Positions 35,221 through 49,600 of a stretch of 64,000 nucleotides of DNA are shown in pieces. Origin of the DNA: Pholidichthys leucotaenia (Eukaryota); contig CM035838.1 in the NCBI GenBank assembly GCA_020510985.1, positions 342,451,700 through 342,515,699 on the forward strand. Reading direction: 5' to 3'. The notes beneath the pieces are model-generated. The model worked only from the letters and a program-made list of their open reading frames with translations, was not told where the DNA came from and did not search any database. A program made the position numbers and the translations under genes. The number at the start of each line of letters is the position of its first letter. The stretch's first letter is position 1.

Positions 35221-37185
35221 CCATGTCTCCCCACGCCCAGTCTGTTTTTTTGTTTGTAAATTTTGCTTCTGGAATAAAATTGTATTGTTTGCATCAAAAG
35301 TCTGGTTTATCTGTTATGACACCGTATGAGAAAAGCCAATAATTACATACACATTCCATTCTCTGTTCACTCCACATGCTGCTGTTCATCAGGTCAGGTG
35401 TATAGCCTTCTAATGGTAATTTAATTTTTAACAACACAACGAAACGTAATGTCTTGGTAAGTTTTTTTTTTTAAATTTTAAACAAATTTGCAATGCTGAA
35501 TCCATTTCTCTCGAACGGGTACATTTTTTAGGTTATAAGCAGTTGTACAGGTGTACTTTAACTTGTACAGTAGACACTGATAAAAGTAAGTACATGTAAA
35601 TTGAATGTTGCATCACCAGTCAAAATTTAATAAATTAAGAAGGAATCTAGCAAAAATTTGGCACTAATGACAGTAGACACATCGGACGAGACACAACTGT
35701 GTTTTTGTGGCACACAACTGTTATTACCTACAAGTTGTGCAAAATTTATATTCCCTTTTCCCAAAAATTAAAAATCAATTTGTAAGTAAAAGTGAGAGAC
35801 CTTTACATGGGAATATGACATGTATCAGCACATGATTTATAGTTCAATTTGCATTTCCACCTAAGCAAAAGTGGCTTGTCGAGCTGGATTTTTGTGAAGA
35901 TGGCCTGTGCGGTGTTTCTGCATGTAATTACATACCTGTCAAGTGATACGGTTTCGCCGTATTTTAATACGGGGAAAATGCAATTTTAGCAAATACGGGC
36001 GTATTGCCATTTCTGTACGCCAAAAAGAAAAATATGTGGGAAAAAAAATTATTGAGAATGTGGAGGAACACGTCTTGTGTGTGACCCCCACAGCGTACGG
36101 GGCTGGCAGAGCGCTCAGCATGAGCAATTATCACAACAGTGAGAAGTGTGGACTGATCATTATGCTGATGGCCTCACACCTTCTGTTGTCCTGCTGCTCC
36201 GGAACAGAAAGGAATCTTTGGATGGATAAAGGCTTCTCCAGAGGGCCCTACACACTCCTTCTGTGTTCCATGTAGGAAGAGTATAAAAGTGACTGCATCG
36301 GGGATTTTCGACCTGAAGTCGCACTTCGCTACACAGGGCCACAAAAACTGTGTAGCCAAATCGAAAACGTATCGATCGATGGATGAACATTTTCAGCCAG
36401 TGAGAGAACCGACGCCTTCCACATCCAATGCATCACTAGCAGAAGTGATGGTTTGTCATTTTGTGGCAGAGCACAATCTACCACCATCGGTGGCAGATCA
36501 CTTCTGATCTGCCACCTGATCTGATCTGCCACTTCAGAAATGCTAGAGTCAGCAAAGGCTGCTTCTTGGAACTATAACAAGCAGCATCAGTGAACATTTT
36601 CTTGTTTCAAGTTCATCCAAGTGCATTAGTGTAACAAAGCTGACAATTAAAAACTCTTTAATTCAAAGTGTATATACAGTATCTAGCTGACAGTTAAGAA
36701 CTATATTCAGAATAATTCTTATTGTGTACTTTCAAATTAAGCAATCTACCTTGTGCTAATGTAAATTTGAAAAATATTTTTTATTTATTTTTATTTATTT
36801 ATTATTAATATCATTTTTTTTATTTTATTTTTTTTGTGCTACTTGACTTATTATTTTCACATTACCAAAAAGTTATGGCTCAAGATTGTGTCCATATAAG
36901 TGTACATTTGAATAAATATGTTTGAAATAGTTCATGTTGCAGTTGCTGTTTGTTTAGTTTTTTTTTTCCTTCAGTTTTCTTTCATCTGCCGATAAATACA
37001 GTTTTTAAGTACTCAGTACAGGTGTGAAAGCCCCCCCAATAAGGGAGGCATGAGGTATGCCTTGACAGGTATGTAATTACCCGTACCTTAACAGATAAGC
37101 ATTATGAACAACAGAGGACAGGTAGATGGAGCATGCACAACATTTTATTTACAAAAAACATTTTTGAAATATGTATGCACATAAA

Positions 37186-38345
37186 TAAGATAAGATAAGA
37201 TAAGATAAGCCTTTATTAGTCCCACAACGGGGAAATTCCAGGATTGCAACAGCACAGGGATAGCAACACTCAGAGCAACAATCAGAAGGCAAGAAAAAAA
37301 AAAAAACAAGCAAGCAAGAGCAGCTAATATACATATGTACATATTACTATAAAATATATATATACACACACACACAGACACACAGTGCAGAGCATTGTAG
37401 CTGGATGGAATAAATATATGAATATGTAAACACACAGTGCGGAGCAATGTAGCTAGATGGAATAATATGTAGATATATAAACACACAGTGCGGAGCATTG
37501 TAGCTAGATGGAATAAATATATAGATATATAAACATAAACACACCCAGTGCGGAGCATTGTAGCTAGATGGAATAAATATGTAAATATATAAACACACAC
37601 AGTGCAGAGCATTGTTGCTAGATGGGATGAAACAGCACAACCGTCTACTTAGTTATCCTACATGGTATGATTATGTACCCATACATATTCTCACTCTCCA
37701 TAGCGACCGGTATTTTCCTAGTTGTATGCCGGAGGGGACCATTGTGTAAGTCTATTGCATCTTTTGCATTCAAAAAACTATTAGTTTGTTACATCTTTTT
37801 GCTATCTCTGCGAGCAGCCCTGCTTAGGTTGTACAGTCTGACAGCCGTTGGTAGGAAGGACCTGCGAAACCTCTCGGTTGTGCACCTAGGATGATGTAGT
37901 CTGCTGCTAAATGAGCTCCTCAGTGCATTCAGTATGTCCTGCATAGGGTGGAACTCGGACTCCAGCAGAGATGACAGTTTAGCCACCGTCCTTCTCTCTC
38001 CTATCTCCTCCACCAGATCAAGGCGCTGCCCCAGGACAGAGCTAGCTTTCTTGATCAGTTTGTTCAGTCTCTTCCTATCGGCTGCAGTAATGCCACTGCC
38101 CCAGCAGACCACTCCAAAAGTGATGGCTGATGCCACCACCGTGTCATAGAATGTCTTCAGCAGCGCGCCTTGTACACCAAAAGACCTGAGTCTCCTTAGC
38201 AGGAACAGCCTGCGCTGTCCCTTCTTGTAGAGTGCGTCAGTATTGTGTGACCAGTCTAGTTTATTGTTCAGATGAACACCCAGGTACTTATAGGCTGTCA
38301 CCATCTCGATGTCTGTTCCCTGTATATTTACTGGTGCTGTGAGGG
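37186..38345 (-). mobile_element. Rex1/Babar-like LINE 3' fragment with a tandem-repeat tail, inside the Harbinger
   Basis: ORF 37789..38304: 'YKYLGVHLNNKLDWSHNTDALYKKGQRRLFLLRRLRSFG…FLPTAVRLYN'. A 3' (AAGAT)n repeat at 37186-37210 and ~58-bp tandem repeats at 37370..37630. Confidence 0.7.
37370..37630. repeat. ~58-bp tandem repeat x5 (LINE 3' tail satellite)
   Basis: 'acacagtgcggagcattgtagctagatggaataaatat…' repeated. Confidence 0.6.
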
Positions 38346-38380
38346 GTTGTCCTTGTCAAAATGTGGACAAAATTACATTT

Positions 38381-38570
38381 CTACCTATTGCTAGACAAGT
38401 ACTGCATCACAGCATCTCGTATATCGGCACCCTGCTCCTCTGCTCCCTGGGTCACTGCCACCACTGGTTCATCTACTGCATCATCCAATGTAGTGTCATA
38501 CGTCTCTCCATGACTCTCACACAGATTATGCAGAGCACCACAAGTCAGCACCATAGATTTCACCAGTTTC
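38381..38570 (-). pseudogene. Harbinger (PIF) DDE transposase C-terminal remnant
   Basis: 'KLVKSMVLTCGALHNLCESHGETYD' matches the conserved 'ACCVLHNxC' C-terminal box of HARBI1-type transposases. The upstream catalytic region is absent. Confidence 0.5.
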
Positions 38571-40266
38571 ATGTCACAGTCATTCCTCTCTCCTTCCTCC
38601 TTCCTTCTCTCCTCGTCATCAGCCATTTTCTTTGTTGTGGAGGATTTGGTCGCGTGTTTCACGTCACGAGAGTGTGGCGCCGCCTTGCTGTTCAAGAAAT
38701 CCCACCCACAGCAGGTGTGCCAGCAGGTGTGCCAGCAGTAATGTCGAAAAGCAACCGAGGCAGAACCGAATCGAAGTGAGTCGAGTCGGGTTTTCTAATC
38801 GGGGCTAATGGAAAAGCGCCTTTAGTGTGTTGGTGCCCATGGCATGGGTAACTTGCACATCTGAATCAGAATCAGAATCAGAATCAGAATCAGCTTTATT
38901 GGCCAAGTATGCACAACACATACAAGGAATTTGACTTTGGCTAAAAACTTGCTCTCGTTGTTCAAGTGAAGGATTTAAATAAGGATTCAATGACAACCAG
39001 AGTATGTACAGTAAATTACAGTCTGTCCACGTTTCTATAAAAGGATGCAAATATATACAGGAATATATGCAGTTATTTACTCGGACTAACCACACTTTGC
39101 AGAAATATATGAAAAAATATACAATAACACAGTATTTCAATGTGGACTCAGATTCAGTGATATAATGTGAATGAAGTAAAAAGCAGTGTGAGAGTTATGT
39201 GAAGGGACCATTAATGCTGAATGGAAACATACAGGTTTTGGAGCAACGTATGCTGCCATCCAAGCAACGTCTTTTTCAGGGACATTCCTGCTAACTTCAG
39301 CAAGACAATGCCAAGCCATATTCTGCAAGTGTTACAACAGTGTGGCTTCATCATAAAAGAGCACAGGTACTAAAATGGCCTGCTTGCAGTCCAGTCTACT
39401 GAATTCAAGTTGTACATCAACCAAGAAGGGAAAAGAATTCCACCTATAAAGCTTCAACAATTAATGTCCTCAATTCCTAAATGCTTATTAATTGTTGTTA
39501 AAAGGAAAAATGATGTAACATAGTGGTAAATATGACAGGGGCATGCCATTTGCAAACAAACTTGCTATTTGCAAGCAGCTATTTTGCTGCTATTTGCAAA
39601 CAAAAAATTACAAAGTGTATCAGTTTGAACATTAAATATCTTGTCTTTGTAGTGTATTCAACTGAATAAAGGTTGAAAAGGATTTTCAAATCATTGTATT
39701 CTGTTTTATTTACACTTTACACAATGTCCCAACTTCACTGGAATTGGGGTTTGTACAATTAAGTAAGATGAATCAAAGTCTTCCTTATCTATAAAGACAA
39801 ACTGTTTGTCCGACCGTCAGTGATTAAAGAAAAAGAAACATTTTCCTCAGGCCAAAACATATCCTATGGTTTTCTGTCAAAGGACCTTTTATCCTGTCAG
39901 CCATTTCTCCTCCAACTCCACCCTCTCCAAACAGAGAAAGAAGCGCTTGCTCATAGTGCTGCAGTGATTAGTAGATTAATCATCTAGCTGATCAAAGGAA
40001 AACTTAATAGCAACCAATGTGATAATCATCTATTAACTTATGCACCCATTTCCAGTAAAAATTTAAAAATGTATAATTGTTTTGGGTTCCTAAGCATGAA
40101 CATTTGCCACTTTTTTTGTTTATTGCATTACAAGTGTAATGATTTTTAGTTCTTTACATTTGTTTGTAAAATCAACACATTTGATGACAACACCTAGAGC
40201 TCTGAGATATTGTGATGGGCATTATTATTGTTTAATGTATTTGAGTAGCATGTAAAAATACACTGG

Positions 40267-42883
40267 GTGTTATGTATGGTAAAATACCTTGGTTGAAAGA
40301 TGAAGCAAGATGACTGGATGAATACAGCTTTATTGAAGATGTAGAACAGCGGTAACACGGTAGGCACCTGGCAGAGGGCACCTGTCAAAGGCCACAATAT
40401 GGATGCCCTCTGCTATATATAGGGCGGTGACGTGACGTGACGGGAAATGCACGTCACTACACCGCACTTCACAATAATGTGCCAAAACATATCACATTCT
40501 CCCCCCTTCCCCTTTAGAAAAGTCCAAAACCATACACACAATTGACCTCCCCCCCAAAAAAAAAAATTAAAAAATTTGGGACCCAAATCACGCACTAACA
40601 TAACGAAAAACAATGTACTAAAATGGCCTAACGCATTCACACAACCTAAAATAGGGCTGACGGGTGGACTACCGTGCAGCCCGCACAGCGGGGTGGATTA
40701 TTTTGCTACCCAATAAACTAAAAACAGTCCATACATAAACAAATCACACACCGTGCTTCTAAACTAAAAAAATGCACAAAATAATCCCATTTTACAACAT
40801 ACATGCATTAAAACTCAAGAACTATGAACAGATAATTATTTACAGCACTGTTCCTTGGGCAGAAGGAGTAGAACCGGCATGGGGGGGCCCAGGGCAGCCC
40901 CTCAGCAAGCGCGCCACTGGAAGCAGCAGACCCCCAGGACAATGGTTGATCTTCCGTATGAAAAAACCTCGCTTCTTCACTACAGACACCTGCTCCCATC
41001 TAGCCCTGTCACCTGAAGTCTCTTCCCGGACATGCCAAAGCCGACTGGCATGCTTCGCCAAGCCGTTGGACAACCTGAAGTATACTGCGCCCAGCTTAGC
41101 CACTATGCGCAGACACCCGTGATGTTTAGCTGGCTGTCATCTGGCCCATCTTTCCCATGGACGTTCACCCCAAACCAAGTCCAAAACCCTCAGCGGGGCC
41201 CGGTTTGGCCTAAAGTGGTGGTGCTGAGCATGCGGTTCCTCCATGCTTGTCGGTCTGGCCCCAACCTCTTCTAAAGCCGTCATAGTGTTCACCATCGTAG
41301 CTGTAGACCCTCCACTGCCTGCGGCCAAGCTCCAGAGGCATCTGGGGATAGCACATTGATGTCACTCTCCGGCGCAGGCACCTCGCCGCCACGCTTGGTA
41401 CCCCCCTTTACCGTTTCCTGAGTGCCAGCACCGAGACCCTCCTGCGCTGAACCTTAGTGAAGCTGGTTCTGCTTGACTGCCATGGTGTCTGTTAGCTCTT
41501 TGTCTCACACATTGTCCACCAGAACCAGAGGGTTCCACTGGCCACAACTCAACCATTCATTCCCAGCGTTGTCTTTTATGGCGAAACACAGTCCGTAAAA
41601 CAAGTCACAGCCCATGAGGTTATCGCCTCGGGCTGTCACGTGGAACGTGAAGTCAACCATCGTTGCAGATTTGTACCGAACCGTTAACTCCAAAGTTCCA
41701 ACCGTGCACAGCCTGCCGCCACCATACAGCGGCGTTGTGTTACCTCTTATCCTGTAGTGGGGTAAAAATTCCTCACTGTGGCCCAATTCAACAATGACTT
41801 CAACAATGCTCTCGTGTCAAGCAGCAGTGGCACCTCCACGCCATCCAATTCCACTGTGCAAAACGTGTACCCGTTGGTACTGGGGGACACCGTATGGATG
41901 GTTGTCGTGGGTGGGCGGAGTGATTTCTTCCGTGGGCTCTCCGGTTCAGATACACGGCACACTCTAGCATAATGGTTCATGCATCCACACCTGCTACAAC
42001 GTTTTCCCCTAGCTGGGCAGCCCTTATCCTTATCGCGGTGTGTCGCAGACCCACAACCCTTACACAGGGGTTTTCCCGGGGCAGACCTTCAGCTGGCAGC
42101 GTTGGCTTCCGTAGTACCATCGTTCAAGCTATCCTCACTATCCAAATCTGCAACATTTGCCATGGCAGGAGACTCCAGCGGCTGCCATGACTGGCACCAG
42201 GTTAGCTCTGAAGCTAGCTTGTCTGCGGCCTCCAACTGGAGAGCTAGCTCAACAGCTGTGGCTAAAGTTAAGTCATTGGGCACCGTGAGTAGCCTAGTCT
42301 GCAATGCGACGCTACATGTGTGCTCCTCAAGCTGGTCACGTACCATTTCATCTTCCAGCGGCTCAAAGCTACATTCGCTAGCTAGCTGCCTCAAGTCGGC
42401 GACAAACTGATGAATAGGCTCACCTCCTCACTGATGTCACTGCCAAAAACAAATCCTCCAGACAGTCACGCTATCCGGGGTGTGAAAGTGGTTGGCTAGC
42501 AGCTCCACGACGTCTTCAAAAGAGTCCGAAGCCCCGAGTGTGCACAGGACTCGCTGGCCCTCAATACCAAAGTTGTGAACAAGTAGCGCACGTGCTCTTA
42601 GCTTGTCGAGCTTACCCAGGTTCAGCGCGGTGATTTACTTCTCGAAAGCCTCAAACCACATGGGCCAAGGCACCAGCAGTTCACCCGGGAGCTCGAGAAA
42701 GGGGCGAAGTGGTGTGATACACACCTCCATGAGTTAATCCTCGATCGCCAAATGTTCTGTATGGTAAAACCTTGGGTGAAGGATGAGGCGAGATGACTGG
42801 ACAAACACTGCTTTATTGAAGATGTAGACGGGAATGGGAAGTGCACATTACTACACCGCACTTCACAATAATGTGCCAAAACA
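40267..42883 (-). mobile_element. LTR retrotransposon D, internally deleted (gag and protease remnants only), TSD CTGGG
   Basis: LTRs 40267..40498 and 42758..42883 ('TGTT(A/C)TGTATGG…TATCACA'); the 3' LTR has about 90 bp extra. CTGGG at 40262-66 and 42884-88. PPT 'ggggaagggggggagaa'. PBS 'TGGCGATCGAGGA'. gag 'LEDEMVRDQLEEHTCSVALQTRLL'; protease 'PLLLDTRA'. Confidence 0.7.
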
Positions 42884-43337
42884 CTATATCACACTGGGCA
42901 TTACATATTTCTTGAGATACAATAATAGAACAATGGTTTCATATTTAAATGTCATATACAGACGTGGACAAAATTGTTGGTACCCCTCTGTTAATGAAAG
43001 AAAAACCCACAATGGTCACAGAAATAACTTGAATCTGACAAAAGTGGTAATAAATAAAAATTCTATGAAAATTAACCAATGAAAATCGGACAATGCTTTT
43101 GAATTGTGGTTCAACAGAATTATTTTAAAAAACAAACTCATGAAACAGGCCTGGACAAAAATGATGGTGCTCCTAGAAAAGCTTGAAAATAATGTGACCA
43201 TAGGGACATGTTCAACCAAGATGTGTCCTCTAATTAACATCACAGGTGTCTACAAACTTGTAATCAGTCAGTCGGCCTATTTAAAGGGTGACAAGTAGTC
43301 ACTGTGCTGTTTAGTGACATGGTGTGTATCACGCTAA

Positions 43338-44375
<1,038 letters not shown>

Positions 44376-44428
44376 GTCAAGGGTACCATCATTTTTGTCC
44401 AGGCCTGTTTCATGAGTTTATTTTTTAA

Positions 44429-45914
44429 CCTCTTGCACTCCGTTGTACCGCGGGCGGGCAAGTCTCTGCGTCCTAGGGCGCACGAGAGCGCACTCGTGCG
44501 CTCTCGGACGCATGACGCATGATAGAGATACTGATGGTGGTGATTTAGTTGGTGTAGGCCTCCAAGCGCTACTGAAAAAAAAAACTGCAGACACAGCCGC
44601 AAACAGATTAGTTCATCTGATTGACCTCTCATTCGACTAATAAGAGCCTTGAATTGGGTTTCTGAAACCTTGAAGAACCAATGAATGAAAACCTAGGAAG
44701 GAGGACCCGCCTACTGTGAATGCAGGAGCCAATTGAAGCACAGAAGTTCGGGCTGGGTGAAAAGAGATTTACTGTTGCAGCAGATGAAAAAAAAGGACGC
44801 TGGACGAACCTGCTACAGATCCAGCAGCATGGAGAACACCCACAAGTGGGACTTGCACTCATTCCAGCAGAATAGACGTTTAGGATTCTCTTCCGTCATC
44901 ATAGACCGACGGAGGCCGACGACAAAGGTCGTAAATCATTCACCAAAACCGCAATATTGGAATTATGTTTTGACCGGGATCCACGAGCGGACCAGCGTCG
45001 CGTTCGTCTGACAATGGGGAAGAGAAGTTCGCCAGGACTCTGCTGCTGTGAAGAGGTAAGGTGTTATAAGCTAAATTATTATTTCTCCCTGAAAACTGTA
45101 ATCCAAAAATGACTTTTGACCGATCGGTAAATTACAACTGTACGGCGCACGAAGTACGAAGTGCGTGCGCCGCGATAAACGGTTCATTTGCCGTGTTCGG
45201 ACCGTGAACGCACCCCCCCCCCCCCGCTGCAGAAGAGGAGCGGGGGGGGGGGTTCATGGTCTGAACGCCCCCGGTCCGTGGGGGGAAGCCGCGCTGACTG
45301 CGCAGCGGTCGCCACATAGCCATATGAGTCTATTCCGTCATGTAGCGATGGCCGTCCTCTGTAGCGAGGGGGGGGACAACCCCCCCCACACACACACACA
45401 CACAGACACAGCCCTGAATGTGACCTTTCATTAGAGCCCAAAATGAAGATTCTACATTGAATTATTCAAAAGTTACAGACGTTTTTCCAAACTGTGCCAT
45501 TTGACACAGTTCTAAAATGCCTGGGAACAGCCTGAGAACAAAGCTGTGTAAAATATTCATTTTTTGTGGTATTGTTACAAAATTTGGACCTCAGCTGGAT
45601 AACACTTGGTTCTACATTTCTGTTGCATTTTCCAGCCAGATCGGACAGCTGTGTGTTATTTGCAAGCATTTGTATCCAAAAAAACACTGTGGCCAAATTT
45701 ATTTTCTTCAAGTTCAGTATGTTTAGATGACTGTAACTCAGTGGCTGGAGCATGTAGAGAGATTATGGATTTTTTGCCAAAAAATTCAAAGTGTTTTCTT
45801 TTAAATGAGACCAACCCCATGAAGATGATGCAAAGGGTTGAAGAACAGCTTTCGATTTACTTTGGGCACGTTATTTTTTGGCGTTTTTAGGAAAATTGCC
45901 CGGAGTGCAAGGGG
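44429..45914. mobile_element. Non-autonomous TTAA-specific (piggyBac-like) TIR element nested in the Tc1 right TIR
   Basis: TIRs 'CCTCTTGCACTCCG' / 'CGGAGTGCAAGGGG'. TTAA at 44425-28 and 45915-18. Excision restores the Tc1 TIR 'tttattttttaaaataattc'. The interior has a G/C-tract palindrome and (CA)n. Confidence 0.6.
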
Positions 45915-46689
45915 TTAAAATAATTCTATTGAACCACAATTCAAAAGCATTGTCTGATTTTCATTGGTTAATTTTCATAGAATTTTTTATTTATTACCAC
46001 TTTTGTCAGATTCAAGTTATTTCTGTGACCATTGTGGGTTTTTCTTTCATTAACAGAGGGGTACCAACAATTTTGTCCACATCTGTATATTTAAGAACCG
46101 ACATTCACAAAATGGTAAAAAGTATATGACCACATTAGATTGTTTTGCCCAAATATTTGGAAAAAAAGTTCTGAGAAATAAAGACTGTATTTGACTATGG
46201 CTGTAATTGTTCAATATATAGGTATAGCATCACAGTTTTGCAAGTTGTTTTTATTTATTTATTTATTTTGGTTTATCATTTTTTTAATTATCAGCACATT
46301 CAGTAACTTTTTTTAAATCTGAAAATCTCATCTTCAGCAGTTATCACAAAGTGACATTTTAATGAAGACTAAATTCATTGAGAACAAGTACTTTTCATAT
46401 CAATTAAGTGTTTCAAAAAATCCTTTATATCCAAAGATATAGTACAAATTTAGACCCCTTACCTATTTTCTGGGCTACAGAAGTGTCAACTAATGACAGC
46501 TTGTCCTACATACAGTTCCTATTGATTTATTTTGTGATACTCAATGTTTATTCTAACTTTGAAGCAAAATTAAATGAAGCTGGTTAGAGTGAAAAAACAA
46601 CATAAAAAAAAACACCAGCTGATCAAAAGTTGTATACCCCCATCAAAAATTCAAGAACAAAAAAATATGTATCTCTCTCTTAACATATA

Positions 46690-47630
46690 GGGCTGTATTT
46701 TGATGGTCATCAATGCATTTTTGTGCCAGATTTCCCACCTTTACACCAGTGTTTTCATTAGTTTCTGTCAGCACATTGTGTGTTTGTACACTCTGCATCA
46801 TGCCATCCAATTACCAGTAGACAGTCCACCAGCTTTGTACTGAGAGAAGGAGGCTCATTTCAAAAAGTGAACAGTGTAAATGCACGCCTTAAATTGATAC
46901 ATTTCAAATGGTTAATGCGGATGTATGTTACACCGGAGGAGTTAAATAGATATAACAAAAATATACCAGATACATGCACAAAATGCATGGAAAGTAAAGG
47001 AACCCTATTTCATTGTTTATGGGAATGTAGATTAATAAGAATGTTTTGGGAAGAGGTGAGGGTAACAATTGAAAAAATAATCTCAAAACAAATCATACTG
47101 AATCCTAAACTGTTTTTGTTGGGTCTGTACCCAGAAAAGCATAATTTTAATAAAAGTGAAAGAACATTCATAGACCTCAGTTTGCTTAATGCCAAAAAAT
47201 GTATTGCACTATTATGGAAAAAGACTCATAGACCAGATGTGACTCAGTGGTTAAGACAGATGTTAACAAACCTTCCATTAGAAAGAATAACATATATACT
47301 GAAATCAAAGGAAACTGTGTTTGAGAATATATGGAGACCTTTTATTGATTATGTAAAAAATTTAAACATAACTCTTGAAGAAGAAGGTGAATGATGTGTG
47401 TGGACCTTGTAAATTCCAAACTGGTGAACATAATATGTATACTTATGTATTGGATTGTCTAGACTAAACAGAGGAGCATTGTTGAAGACTTGATTTTGTT
47501 GGTGGTTGTTGGTGTTTTTAGTGCATTTTTTTTTTTTTTTTGTAGTACTTTAGCGTTAGTGTTTGTTTGTATCATGTTTGTTAAAAAAAAAAAAAAGGTT
47601 CAATAAAGATATTGTGGAAAAAAAAAAAGT
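46690..47630 (+). mobile_element. L1-clade LINE 3' fragment (ORF2 C-terminal domain, 3' UTR and poly-A)
   Basis: ORF 46780..47394 with the Cys motif 'CTKCMESKGTLFHCLWECRLIRMFWEEV' typical of the L1 ORF2 C-terminus. A-rich tail at 47585-47625. Confidence 0.65.
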
Positions 47631-49600
47631 GAACAGTGCAAAGTCTGTACATCTTAATGAGCTTTATTCCCTAATCCCAGTTAGCAACATTGGCTAACAA
47701 GCTTGCTGCTACCATGTACAGAAAATGTTCAGAACATCCTAAAAATACAGGGCTCACCTCTACCTCACTGTAAGAAAAAAAAAATCTTCTCTCCTCTCCT
47801 TCCTCTTGTTTAAATTCTTTTTACTACAATTTTTCTTTCTACAAATTATCAGAAAAAAAACTTTGGGCGACAGCTGCTGTTTTGAGACAAGTTTATCTGG
47901 TTGGAAAGTCTTTCATAATGAAAGGACAAAGAAGCTGTTCTGAAAGCGTCTCAGAAGTATACGCTTTAATAGAAATCCCTGCATTTGTTTGTCCATTTTT
48001 ATTTCTTCTTCTTCTTCTTGTTTTTAGCAGGATTAAGCAAAAATTACTTCAAGTATTTTCATGAATTTCTTTGCAGGCTAGGTATAGCACAAGGAACACA
48101 GTTGGATTCTGGCGATTCTGCCTGCAGGAATGTTTTAAACATTTAAAGGTGAGTGAGACAACATTGTGACCTCCAGGCCAGTAGGTGTCACACTTAATCT
48201 TACAACACTAATATTGTACTGCTTGGTAGAGACAAACATTAACACGCAGTGCAGACTATTTTACAGTCTCAGTTCTTTGGTGAATACGAGCCAGATGCAG
48301 CATGTCAAACGAGGACTCTTGTGGGATGAAGTCAATATGCGGCGATGAAACTTGATGTCAACCTAGTTCTACTATTAGCTGTGACATCCTTACCAGCCAC
48401 CGTAGTTTCTTCATCCAACTGCTCAGATGTCCAAAAATATTATTGTTTTGAACCGGTCAATTTTTTTCCAAGTATTTTTTCATCAAAACTTTTTTTTTTT
48501 TTTGAAGAATATAAAGATTTTAATTCTGCACCTTTCCAAACATTTTAATGATGTATTTGTTTTGAGAACTTTTTTTTAAGTATAACATTTGTTTTCATGA
48601 AAATACATTCCAGTACATCTTTAAAGCACTACAGAGATTTTATTTTTGAAAAATTTCCTAAAGTATTGATTTGTGTTTGTGTGTGTGTTGGGGGGGGGGG
48701 GGGATACACTGATTTCAGAATGTGGAAACTTTTTTTTTTCCTGTTCATTTTTTCCATTTGGCAGAAATCCATTGCAGCAGCAGAGAACTAATCGCTGCAT
48801 GGATCTGAAACAGAATTTCCAACTTGAAAGTCTATGGGCAGTGGCTCACTTTTGGCAACAGCCTCTAATGGACTGTAGAGAAACTGCAGTTTTTTGTACT
48901 TACTCTCTGGGTTCACATTTCAGGCCCAAAACTGCTAGTTGGTGTCAACCAGTTAGCGTAGTAAAGGTAGTTACAATACAGCTACCTGACACTGACACAC
49001 CAGTTCATGTGCATAACATGAGCAAAAATGTTGGCATGCTTCACATCAATCCACCATTATTGAGAAATCCCAGTAAAAGGCAAACTTTCCATAAACCCGT
49101 AGAACTGAAGATGGTTCTTAGGTAAAGCTCTTTATTATTTTTTTTTAATATTATGTAATCGTGTAATATAATTATGGATAATCTTTTTTTGAGTACGGAA
49201 AACCAGTGATGAATGGCTTTCTGTGGTATGTTTGTGACATTCTAATTGAAAACTATCAATAAACAATCTAGTTTGTTTTGTTTGTATACCATGTTTTATA
49301 ATAAATCATTCACAAAAACGTGGGGTCAGAACTCCAATACAAAGGCACCAAGGAGACTGGTGAACTGATTAGAGAAGATGAAGAGAAAACTATATGAGAG
49401 GAGACATTTGGAGAGAATTACAGTCAACCTTGAAAGATTTCATTAGTGCGCCCTGATTGAGTTATGTGATCGACGGACTGAGTTACAAAGGAGCCACCTC
49501 TTCTGAAACCTCTTGGCTGAAGTCCCATCTGTGCTGATGTCCTCTGGGATAAAAGTCCACTCCTAACGACCTGAGGTGTAGCTCATCTTTTTAAAGGATA

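Larger units (their letters stand above)
33180..38821 (+). mobile_element. PIF/Harbinger DNA transposon (5.6 kb) nested in the Tc1 transposase gene; TSD TTA
   Basis: TIRs 'AGGGCCTTTTCCACTAGCCTCG' / rc 'AGGCGCTTTTCCATTAGCCCCG'. TTA at 33177-79 and 38822-24. Encodes a Myb/SANT-like gene (+) and a transposase tail (-). Confidence 0.7.
32310..39755 (+). mobile_element. Tc1-like DNA transposon split by a nested Harbinger; transposase N-part 32560..33176, C-part 38825..39560
   Basis: TIRs 'TACAAACC(T/C)CAATTCCA(A/G)TGAAGTTGGGACATTGTGTAAA' at both ends. Transposase remnants 'HLGSGTLLKTIVS…WTDKVEKCVVV*QVHISNCFW' and 'QQDNAKPYSASVTTVWLHHKRAQVLKWPACSP'. Confidence 0.7.

Noticed and set aside
36289-36507. 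72-aa ORF with 'FDLKSHFATQGHKNCV…MVCHFVAEHNLPPS' as a zinc-finger/transposase N-terminal piece of the Harbinger
   Set aside because: It is only weakly suggestive (one C/H cluster) and I could not link it to a known Harbinger domain. I left it unannotated.
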